From NCBI GenBank assembly GCA_017614465.1, contig JAGABW010000011.1:253-64252 (forward strand): a DNA stretch of 64,000 nucleotides, written 5' to 3'. The stretch's first letter is position 1. Each line of letters opens with the position of its first letter. The position numbers were made by a program, and so were the translations under genes. Shown here one piece after another: positions 56,214 to 64,000 of the stretch. The notes under the pieces were generated by a model. That model made no database searches and was not told where the DNA came from. It worked only from the letters and a program-made list of their open reading frames with translations. This stretch comes from Bacteroidaceae bacterium. Lineage in GTDB: Bacteria > Bacteroidota > Bacteroidia > Bacteroidales > Bacteroidaceae.

Positions 56214-56775
56214 TTCAGTAGCAGACACAGTCTTAGACATAAAGAAGGATTTACGTGCAAGCATGAACGGGGTTGCATCAGCAGCCATGCGGTCAAGTGC
56301 CGACTATCGAGTTAATTTCGGAGTTGAACTGCCACGTCTTCATGCAATCGCCAAAGACTACGGCAAGAACCATGAGCTGGCACAGGCATTATGGAAAGAA
56401 TCCGTACGTGAATGCAGAATACTTGCCACATTAATCCAGCCTGTAGATTCGTTCGATGAAGAATTTGCCGACCTCTGGATTGAATCCATACACACTGTTG
56501 AAATCGCTCAGATTGCCTCACTCAACTTGTTTCAACATATGAAACAGGCATCAATAAAGGCTTTTCAATGGATTGCAACAGAAAACGAGATAAAACAAGT
56601 TGCAGGACTTTGCATTATCAGTCATCTCAAAAGAGCCACCGAGTTAAGTGAACGCTCACTCAACGAGCTAAACGACCAACTCTCGGCATTGCTCGAAGCA
56701 CAAGACACTCCGATAAGTGTAAGAAAACTTGCAAACAACATATCAATACAGATAAATGACAACAGTGACAAATAA
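56206..56775 (+). CDS. AlkD-like HEAT/ARM-repeat protein (DNA alkylation repair family-like)
   Basis: ELAQALWKESVRECRILATLIQP resembles the AlkD/PF08713 family as recalled. Overlaps the DPP III stop by 8 nt. Confidence 0.55.
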   Translation: MNNSVADTVLDIKKDLRASMNGVASAAMRSSADYRVNFGVELPRLHAIAKDYGKNHELAQALWKESVRECRILATLIQPVDSFDEEFADLWIESIHTVEIAQIASLNLFQHMKQASIKAFQWIATENEIKQVAGLCIISHLKRATELSERSLNELNDQLSALLEAQDTPISVRKLANNISIQINDNSDK

Positions 56776-57259
56776 CGACGACACACGTCTTGAATGCGCA
56801 AGGGAAGCCCTGACACAATACATGTTGGAGAAACGCTGCCGCAAGACACCAGAACGTTACGCTCTACTTGAAGCTGCATTTACAATTGGCGAACAATTCA
56901 CCGTCGATACATTGCAGAAATTCGTAGAGAAGAAACTGCCCTTAAGCAGAGTCACTGTATATAACAACTTAGAATTATTCGTCAAAGCAGGACTCGTTGT
57001 AAAACATCCGACACCAGGATTGGTAAAATACGAAATCTGCTATGCAAAAAAAACGCACCACAAACTGCTATGTACAGTATGTGGAAGCACAACAGAATTT
57101 CTTGACGATGCCATAAGTGATTTCTTGATGCAAAAACGCTTTAAGAAATTCCATTCGACAAACTGCTCCGTAACAATCTTCGGTATATGCAGTCGCTGTC
57201 AGGCAAAAATCAACAGAGAAAGAAAGAAACTCAACAAACAAAATAAAAAAACAAAATGA
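56756..57259 (+). CDS. fur: Fur family transcriptional regulator
   Basis: Winged-helix N-terminus plus CTVCG...CSRC paired CxxC motifs. Confidence 0.8.
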   Translation: MTTVTNNDDTRLECAREALTQYMLEKRCRKTPERYALLEAAFTIGEQFTVDTLQKFVEKKLPLSRVTVYNNLELFVKAGLVVKHPTPGLVKYEICYAKKTHHKLLCTVCGSTTEFLDDAISDFLMQKRFKKFHSTNCSVTIFGICSRCQAKINRERKKLNKQNKKTK

Positions 57260-58518
57260 AAGTAGACGTATTATTAGGTCTCCAATGGGGAGACGAAGGA
57301 AAAGGAAAGGTAGTTGACGTACTTACACCTCGTTATGATGTAGTCGCAAGATTCCAAGGTGGACCAAACGCAGGACACACCCTTGAATTCGAAGGACAGA
57401 AATATGTTTTACGTTCTATCCCATCTGGTATATTCCAGGGCGATAAAGTAAACATCATCGGTAATGGTGTCGTACTTGCTCCAGACCTCTTCATGGACGA
57501 AGCTAAAGAATTAGAGAAATCCGGACACGAACTTAAGAGTCGTCTTCACATCTCCAAGAAAGCTCATCTCATAATGCCAACTCACCGTATCCTTGATGCT
57601 GCATACGAAGCTGCAAAAGGTAAGAACAAGGTTGGTACAACTGGTAAAGGTATCGGACCTACTTACACTGACAAGACAAGCAGAAACGGTCTTCGTGTAG
57701 GTGATATCCTTGATAACTTTGAGGAAAAATATGCAGCACACAAGGCACGCCACGAAGAGATGCTTCGCGCCCTCAACTATACAGACTACGATATCACAGA
57801 AATCGAACGTCACTGGATGGAAGGTATCGAATACATGAAGCAATTCCCTCTCGTTGACAGCGAGCACGAAGTAAACAATCTCCTTAAAGAAGGAAAGAGC
57901 ATGCTTTGCGAAGGTGCACAAGGTACTATGTTGGATGTTGACTTCGGTTCATATCCATTCGTTACATCAAGCAACACTATCTGTGCCGGAGCATGTATCG
58001 GTCTTGGTATCGGTCCTAACAAAATCGGTGACGTATTCGGTATTATCAAGGCATACTGTACTCGTGTTGGTGCTGGTCCATTCCCTACTGAACTTTTCGA
58101 TGAAACCGGCGATAAGATACGTGAAATCGGTCACGAATACGGTGCAGTTACAGGACGTGAACGCCGTTGCGGATGGATTGACCTCGTTGCATTGAAATAT
58201 GCTATTGCAGTAAACGGTGTAACTAAACTCATCATGATGAAGAGCGACGTTCTCGATGGTTTTGAGACAATCAAAGCATGTGTTGCATACAAGCAAAACG
58301 GTGAATACATCAACTATTTCCCATACGACATCAACAGCGGAATCGAACCAGTTTATGTTGAAATGCCAGGATGGAATCAGGATCTTACAAAGATCACATC
58401 TGAAGCTGAATTCCCAGAAGCATTCAAGGACTACATTGCATTCCTCGAGCAAGAACTTGAAACTCCTATTACAATTGTTTCTGTTGGTCCTGACCGCGCT
58501 CAAACTATCGAAAGATAA
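57256..58518 (+). CDS. purA: adenylosuccinate synthase
   Basis: GLQWGDEGKGKVVD P-loop; 420 aa. Confidence 0.95.
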   Translation: MKVDVLLGLQWGDEGKGKVVDVLTPRYDVVARFQGGPNAGHTLEFEGQKYVLRSIPSGIFQGDKVNIIGNGVVLAPDLFMDEAKELEKSGHELKSRLHISKKAHLIMPTHRILDAAYEAAKGKNKVGTTGKGIGPTYTDKTSRNGLRVGDILDNFEEKYAAHKARHEEMLRALNYTDYDITEIERHWMEGIEYMKQFPLVDSEHEVNNLLKEGKSMLCEGAQGTMLDVDFGSYPFVTSSNTICAGACIGLGIGPNKIGDVFGIIKAYCTRVGAGPFPTELFDETGDKIREIGHEYGAVTGRERRCGWIDLVALKYAIAVNGVTKLIMMKSDVLDGFETIKACVAYKQNGEYINYFPYDINSGIEPVYVEMPGWNQDLTKITSEAEFPEAFKDYIAFLEQELETPITIVSVGPDRAQTIER

Positions 58519-58576
58519 AGACTGAGTGAATGACATTCATTAAACTCAGATACTCAATGAAAATTATATTAACTGA

Positions 58577-59761
58577 ATGAAAATAATTGCTCCCAAATCA
58601 TATAACTCTTGCACGATTGGACTACCTCCCTCAAAGAGCGTAGTCAATCGTGCTATTGTTTTATATTCTCTTTACAGAAAGTCCACAAAATCTGTACAAG
58701 AAGATAATAGTGTATCAATTAAAGATCTGTTAGATCAGAAATACTCAGGGCAACCTCTATGCGACGATATCAGTGTAATGCAATATCTCGCAGACAATAT
58801 CGACAAGACCGACACATTCTCGGTTCAGGCATCAGGTACAGCGATGCGATTCGGAACAGCTCTCTTTGCCGTTACGGAAGGAACACGCACCATTACTGGA
58901 ACTGCCAGATTATGTGAACGCCCTATCAAACCATTGGTTGATGCATTAAGACAACTGGGAGCAAATATTGAGTATTTAAAAGAAGAGGGTTACCCTCCAT
59001 TAAAAATACATGGTAACCCACAAATGAAAGGAGGCGAACTATCAATACGTGGTGATATAAGTTCACAATTTATCTCCGCACTACTCATGATATCTCCATC
59101 TACACAAAACGGCATCCACCTCAATATCGAAGGCGAACAAGTTTCACAGTCGTATATAAATATGACAAATGAAATGATCAGACGAGTGATAGAGATGAAT
59201 GAAACTCCAGAATTAGAGCCCGACTGGTCTGCTGCCGCATTTTGGTATGAGATATCAACTCTATGCGGAGTAACATTCAATCTACCTGGATTGAAACCAG
59301 ACAGTGTTCAAGGAGATAAAATATGCGACAGAATATTCAAGTTGGTCAATGAATACAAAAAAGAAGATGGAATCTTCGAATACGACTTCCAGGATTGTCC
59401 CGACCTTGCTCAGGCTGTTATCGTGACATGCTGCGTAAAACAGATTCCATTCAAGTTTATTGGTCTTAAGACTTTAAAAATAAAAGAAACAGACCGAATT
59501 GTCGCATTAAAGACTGAATTACAGAAGTTAGGTTATTGTCTAAACATTTCAAACGAAACCATTGAATTTGACGGCAAGAGAAACGATTGTACTAACGATA
59601 CAGTAAGTATTGAAACTTATAAAGACCATAGAATGGCAATGGCTTTTGCACCATGCGCCATCAAATTCGGTTCAATAAATATCTTAGATCCGGATGTGGT
59701 CAACAAATCATACCCAACATTCTGGAATGACCTACAAAAAGCAGGATTTATTTTATCATAA
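58577..59761 (+). CDS. aroA: 3-phosphoshikimate 1-carboxyvinyltransferase (EPSP synthase)
   Basis: LPPSKSVVNRAIVL, GTAMRF and KETDRI motifs. Confidence 0.85.
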   Translation: MKIIAPKSYNSCTIGLPPSKSVVNRAIVLYSLYRKSTKSVQEDNSVSIKDLLDQKYSGQPLCDDISVMQYLADNIDKTDTFSVQASGTAMRFGTALFAVTEGTRTITGTARLCERPIKPLVDALRQLGANIEYLKEEGYPPLKIHGNPQMKGGELSIRGDISSQFISALLMISPSTQNGIHLNIEGEQVSQSYINMTNEMIRRVIEMNETPELEPDWSAAAFWYEISTLCGVTFNLPGLKPDSVQGDKICDRIFKLVNEYKKEDGIFEYDFQDCPDLAQAVIVTCCVKQIPFKFIGLKTLKIKETDRIVALKTELQKLGYCLNISNETIEFDGKRNDCTNDTVSIETYKDHRMAMAFAPCAIKFGSINILDPDVVNKSYPTFWNDLQKAGFILS

Positions 59762-59806
59762 ATTCAAGATGAATTCATCACGACTTAATTGATAAAGAAT
59801 AAAAAC

Positions 59807-60226
59807 ATGCAATATTTAATTTACGGACTGATTACTCTCGGAGTAATCGCTTTTATATTAGGGATACTGCGTAATAGAGCTTTAAAACGAAAATTAGAAC
59901 GAGGCGAAATCAATGAAATGCCTCAAATAAAGCAAATTGAAGACATGGAATGCTGCGGACAGCATGAAGTGTGCGAAAAAGAAAGTCTGCTTGCAGCAAT
60001 TAGCAAGGATATTGAATACTACAACGACGAAGAACTCGATCGTTTCCGTGGTAAAGAATCGGAGGATTATACTTCCGATGAAATTGAAGAATTCAGAGAA
60101 GTTCTATTTACAATGCGTGACGATGAAGTTGCTGGATGGGTACGCTCACTTCAGCTACGTTCAATAAATCTTCCTGATGATATCAAGAACGACGTTTACC
60201 TTATTGTTGGCGAACTAAGAAAATAG
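59807..60226 (+). CDS. hypothetical single-pass membrane protein
   Basis: TM at the N-terminus (LIYGLITLGVIAFILGIL) followed by an acidic soluble tail. ATG at 59807 is preferred to the TTG at 59789. Confidence 0.55.
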   Translation: MQYLIYGLITLGVIAFILGILRNRALKRKLERGEINEMPQIKQIEDMECCGQHEVCEKESLLAAISKDIEYYNDEELDRFRGKESEDYTSDEIEEFREVLFTMRDDEVAGWVRSLQLRSINLPDDIKNDVYLIVGELRK

Positions 60227-60345
60227 TCTTTTTTATTTTTATAAGAAGACATTGTATGTTTCATTGAAGGAAAAGAAAAGTCACATCAATCTGAAAGAAA
60301 GTCAAAACAGCGCTTTATAATAATTTATATAAGAATTTTTTGTTT

Positions 60346-60579
60346 ATGAAATTTGAAACAAAATACAATGTAGGAGATCAAATATGGGGCATGCTTCATA
60401 ATAAGCCTCATCTCTTTACCATACAAAGAATAAAAATAGACACTAACTATGGTACATCTGAAGCGCATTATTCAGAAACTTATTATTTGGATAACATCGC
60501 ACAGAGAGTATTAAAAGAAGACTTAGAGAAATACTTCTTTGCTACTAAAGAAAAGTTAGTAATGTCTTTGCTTGAATAA
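60346..60579 (+). CDS. hypothetical small protein (77 aa)
   Basis: ORF only; no motif. Confidence 0.4.
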   Translation: MKFETKYNVGDQIWGMLHNKPHLFTIQRIKIDTNYGTSEAHYSETYYLDNIAQRVLKEDLEKYFFATKEKLVMSLLE

Positions 60580-60586
60580 CAAGAGA

Positions 60587-60625
60587 GTTGAAAATTGAGA
60601 GTTGAAAGTTGACAATTCTCAAGGG
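60587..60625 (+). repeat. short 3'-flanking repeat, copy 2
   Basis: GTTGAAAATTGAGAGTTGAAAGTTGACAATTCTCAAGGG, starting 8 nt after the stop of 60346..60579. Confidence 0.8.
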
Positions 60626-60665
60626 AAACAAAAAATTATCAATTACGACAATGTCACCTGATTGT

Positions 60666-61322
60666 TTACATTTGTCCTGATTCAATCAAGAGAATACAAC
60701 GTTCAGTTAGACGGTCGTCGATTTCAGGATCATATTCCTTCTTAAGGCTTGCACCGAATAATGAAGCAAAAGCATTATACAAACCAGCCTTAAAACCGCC
60801 CATATAGGTTTTTATCAATTGATAACTTGTCTGATCACACTGACGGTCAATCAACTTGATAAGCAACTTACCCTGAGAGAATGTCAGTTTCTTCATACGT
60901 GGAGTATAAGTACGCTTCAGTTCTTTCTCCATCTGTTTCATATACTGATCCTTTGCACGCTTGTCGGGCAAAGAATCCAGATGTGCTATGCAAGAATTAA
61001 TCGTATGCTGTATCTCCACTGCAATTGGATATACTTTCTTTATATTATTTGCAATCTTGTAGTATTTCTTGGCCTGCGTCTTGGATTTGAATACCAATGG
61101 AGAGAAAACATAAATATCATTCATTACAAACCAAGGAATAGAATCGCCTTCATACCACACCTTACCCGCATAACTCACACCATGTGAGAATACAGGAGCA
61201 CCGGTCATGGCACGATCCATCTCCAGAGTTGCCGTAATGCCCTGTGACTTTGCATTCTGTGAAACAAAAAACAACAGCCACGTGAAGATAAATGCCGATA
61301 TGTATAATTTTCTACTTTTCAC
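60666..61322 (-). CDS. secreted protein, probably DUF4294 family
   Basis: Signal peptide. KKVYPIA...LTFSQGKLLIKLIDRQC..TSYQLIK...LKKEYDP resembles DUF4294 as I recall it. Confidence 0.55.
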   Translation of the reverse strand: MKSRKLYISAFIFTWLLFFVSQNAKSQGITATLEMDRAMTGAPVFSHGVSYAGKVWYEGDSIPWFVMNDIYVFSPLVFKSKTQAKKYYKIANNIKKVYPIAVEIQHTINSCIAHLDSLPDKRAKDQYMKQMEKELKRTYTPRMKKLTFSQGKLLIKLIDRQCDQTSYQLIKTYMGGFKAGLYNAFASLFGASLKKEYDPEIDDRLTERCILLIESGQM

Positions 61323-61431
61323 GCTGCAAAAATAGAAAGAATATTTTAGGAAATCGCAATATTTAAGAAAGATTTAACGTTGTTTGTTACTAATTTATGC
61401 TTTTTTAGTTTATCAATTCGTTGAAAACAAC

Positions 61432-61439
61432 TATCTTTG
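61432..61439 (+). promoter_or_regulatory. -7 box TATCTTTG about 170 nt upstream of the PASTA gene
   Basis: TAnnTTTG match; implies a long 5' leader. Confidence 0.4.
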
Positions 61440-61608
61440 CACTGAAAATCATATTTTTCTCAAAAAGAAGAGTGATATTGAGATTACAACAACTCTGTCC
61501 TAAAGTCCACAGAAGAAGATGCAAACTTTCTGCATTTTCATCTTAGGAAACCGAAGTTAATGGACACTATATAAGAAACATATAAGCATATAAGTAACAT
61601 TTAATAAC

Positions 61609-62262
61609 ATGGGATTAAAGAAATATTTTACAGGCAAGACTGGTTTTGCATTTTGGTTAAATGTATTTTTAGCTATTGTTGTATTGATCACAGTACCAGT
61701 ACTGCTTTTCAATTGTCTTGATTCATACACTCATCATGGAGAAAAACTCAGTGTACCATCTGTTATTGGCAAAAGAGCATATGAAGCAGAAAGCATCCTC
61801 GATAAGAAAGGATTCGTTGCAGTCATATCCGACTCTACATACAGAAAATCCGCTAAACCAGGTGCCGTTCTCGACCAGAACCCAAAAGCTGGCATAATGG
61901 TTAAATCTGGAAGAATCATATATCTTACAATCAATTTGTATGGTGAACCTCTGGTTAAGATTCCAGACCTCGCCCACAACAGTTCATTACGCGAGGCTGA
62001 AGTGCAATTGCATTCACTTGGATTCAAAACCACTGCTCCTAAATTCGTACCTGGTCAGGCAAAAGACCTCGTACTCATGATTAAGCAAGGCAGACGAGAA
62101 GTTCATAGCGGTGAGATGGTATCAAAAGAACGTGCTTTGACAATCTATGCCGGAGCAGGTATTGAAGAAAGCGATACCGTTTACTTCGAAGATGACTATT
62201 CAAAAGATTCATTGATAAATACAGAAGATATTCACGAAAGTAATTTTGACGTTCAACTCTAA
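61609..62262 (+). CDS. PASTA domain-containing membrane-anchored protein
   Basis: N-terminal TM followed by two PASTA-like units (VPSVIGKRAYEAESILDKKGF... and IPDLAHNSSLREAEVQLHSLGF...). Confidence 0.75.
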   Translation: MGLKKYFTGKTGFAFWLNVFLAIVVLITVPVLLFNCLDSYTHHGEKLSVPSVIGKRAYEAESILDKKGFVAVISDSTYRKSAKPGAVLDQNPKAGIMVKSGRIIYLTINLYGEPLVKIPDLAHNSSLREAEVQLHSLGFKTTAPKFVPGQAKDLVLMIKQGRREVHSGEMVSKERALTIYAGAGIEESDTVYFEDDYSKDSLINTEDIHESNFDVQL

Positions 62263-62324
62263 CAGACAATTATCATTACAACACAATTATTGATAATTGC
62301 TCTTACACGACAAACATCAACACA

Positions 62325-63398
62325 ATGAATCAAGACGAACTGAACATACAATTGAACGACCCTGACTTGGACGAAGATAACGATCAGGAACTTGACGAGG
62401 AAGAGTCACAATTATATGAACATCATAGAATAATCGTCGACCCGGGGCAGAAACCAATGAGGGTCGATGTTTTTCTTATCGACCACTTGCCAAATGTCAG
62501 CAGAAACAGGATACAACGCGCGGCAGACTCAGGCTTTATTCTTTGTAACGACCGCCCTATAAAACGTAGTTACAAGGTGAAACCTGCCGATGTCATACGT
62601 ATAATGCTCGACAGACCATATTACGAAAATGCCATTATCCCCGAAGAAATACCATTAGATATAGTATATGAGGACGACGACATCATCGTAATCAACAAAC
62701 AAGCAGGACTTGTTGTACATCCAGGACATGGCAACTGGCGAGGAACTATGCTTAACGCACTCGCATGGCATTTCAAGGACTCTCCTAAATACGATATAAA
62801 CAATCCTGAAATTGGACTTGTGCATCGTATTGACAAAGACACAAGCGGACTGCTCGTCGTTGCAAAAACAGCAGAAGCCAAAACAAGTCTCGGACAACAG
62901 TTCTTCAACAAGACGACAAAACGTGAATACAATGCACTTGTGTGGGGACATATCAAGGAAGACGAAGGACGAATCGAAGGAAATATCGGACGAAATCCTA
63001 AAGACAGAATGCAGATGGCTGTATTTCCACCTGACAGCGAGATTGGAAAACATGCAGTAACGCATTACTATGTACTTCAACGATTCGGCTACGCAACACT
63101 TGTTAAATGTGTTCTTGAGACAGGACGTACGCATCAGATACGTGCACATATGAAACATATCGGACACACACTCTTTAACGATGAACGATATGGAGGAGAC
63201 CAGATTCTAAAAGGTACAACGACAAACAGCTATAAGCAATTCATACAAAACTGCTTCAAAGTATGCCCTCGACAGGCACTGCATGCAAAAACTCTCGGAT
63301 TCGTACATCCACGCACTGGTAAGGAAATGATGTTCACATCAGAACTGCCACAAGACATGCAAGCATTAATTGATAAATGGAATAATTATAAATTATAA
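62325..63398 (+). CDS. rluD: RluA-family 23S rRNA pseudouridine synthase (RluD-like)
   Basis: S4 domain plus HRIDKDTSGLLVVAK catalytic motif. Confidence 0.9.
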   Translation: MNQDELNIQLNDPDLDEDNDQELDEEESQLYEHHRIIVDPGQKPMRVDVFLIDHLPNVSRNRIQRAADSGFILCNDRPIKRSYKVKPADVIRIMLDRPYYENAIIPEEIPLDIVYEDDDIIVINKQAGLVVHPGHGNWRGTMLNALAWHFKDSPKYDINNPEIGLVHRIDKDTSGLLVVAKTAEAKTSLGQQFFNKTTKREYNALVWGHIKEDEGRIEGNIGRNPKDRMQMAVFPPDSEIGKHAVTHYYVLQRFGYATLVKCVLETGRTHQIRAHMKHIGHTLFNDERYGGDQILKGTTTNSYKQFIQNCFKVCPRQALHAKTLGFVHPRTGKEMMFTSELPQDMQALIDKWNNYKL

Positions 63399-63400
63399 AA

Positions 63401-64000
63401 ATGGGAAAGAAAATTGTTGCAATTATTGCAGGAGGCGATTCTTCAGAACACGACGTCTCAATGCGCAGCGCAGCTGGTATCAGCTCATGGCTTGATACTG
63501 AGAAATATATTGTTTATACTATAGAAGTTAGAGGACTTAACTGGCAAGTTCTTCTGTCTGACGGCACTACAACAGAAGTTAATCGTCATGATTTCTCATT
63601 CGTTGAGAAAGGACAGACTATCCATCCAGATTTCGCATACATAACTATACATGGCACCCCAGGAGAGAACGGTATTCTGCAAGGTTATTTTGAGCTATTA
63701 CAGATTCCTTATTCATCATGTAACCTCCTCGCAGCAGCCATCACATTCGATAAATTCACACTTAACCAGTATCTGAAGGGATTCGGTGTGAAGATTGCAG
63801 ATGCAATCTTACTAAGAAAAGGACAGTCAATCAGCAACGAGGAAGTAATCGAGAAAGTGGGACTGCCTTGTTTCATCAAACCAAACGGTGCTGGAAGCAG
63901 TTTCGGAGTTACCCGTTGCAAAGATGTTTCAGACATTCAGCCTGCTATCGCAACTGCACACAAAGAATGTCCTGAAGTGATGATTGAATCAGAAATTGTT
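63401..64000 (+). CDS. ddl: D-alanine--D-alanine ligase (N-terminal 200 codons; runs off the window end)
   Basis: Not in the track (open at the edge). ATG at 63401 reads MGKKIVAIIAGGDSSEHDVSMRSAAGISSWLD..., followed by ATP-grasp (LPCFIKPNGAGSSFGV). Confidence 0.9.
   Translation, partial: MGKKIVAIIAGGDSSEHDVSMRSAAGISSWLDTEKYIVYTIEVRGLNWQVLLSDGTTTEVNRHDFSFVEKGQTIHPDFAYITIHGTPGENGILQGYFELLQIPYSSCNLLAAAITFDKFTLNQYLKGFGVKIADAILLRKGQSISNEEVIEKVGLPCFIKPNGAGSSFGVTRCKDVSDIQPAIATAHKECPEVMIESEIV

Noticed and set aside
57967-58536. 189-aa minus-strand ORF (and 57511..57921, 57914..58195, 58256..58525)
   Set aside because: All lie inside or antisense to purA, whose identity is unambiguous. There are no motifs, so these are typical shadow ORFs.
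62655-63167. 170-aa minus-strand ORF (and 62621..62956)
   Set aside because: Antisense to rluD, which carries the diagnostic HRIDKDTSG motif.

Overview
This looks like a Bacteroidales (Prevotella/Bacteroides-like) chromosomal segment. The evidence is TAnnTTTG -7 promoter boxes in front of many genes, a T9SS C-terminal sorting domain, many lipobox lipoproteins and the gene content. About 60 CDS and one tRNA-Glu are supportable. Most of the window is housekeeping: recN, argB, aroK, topA, prfB, dprA, purD, gyrB, rpsT, recO, purA, aroA, rluD and ddl. There is a complete agmatine to putrescine to carboxy(nor)spermidine polyamine cluster (speA, aguA, aguB, CANSDH, nspC). Peptidases are present (DPP IV, DPP III, and an M6 protease with a T9SS sorting domain), along with a TonB-dependent receptor plus lipoprotein and two tandem sodium:solute (NSS) symporters. 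No rRNA, CRISPR array, transposase or integrase was seen. The stand-out region is a visibly AT-rich island at about 8.5-16.4 kb on the minus strand. It encodes a small Cys-rich peptide with an NVEALA-like motif, five divergent paralogous lipoproteins of the 6-bladed beta-propeller type, and a CxxC thioredoxin-fold lipoprotein. It lies directly downstream of an ECF sigma/anti-sigma pair. The island is punctuated by three copies of a conserved leader element of about 104 nt, a poly(T)15 tract forming a promoter spacer, a strong hairpin after the peptide gene, and duplicated terminator modules. I consider it a candidate, functionally undescribed peptide-plus-propeller system. All family names come from recognising motifs by eye; no database search was run.
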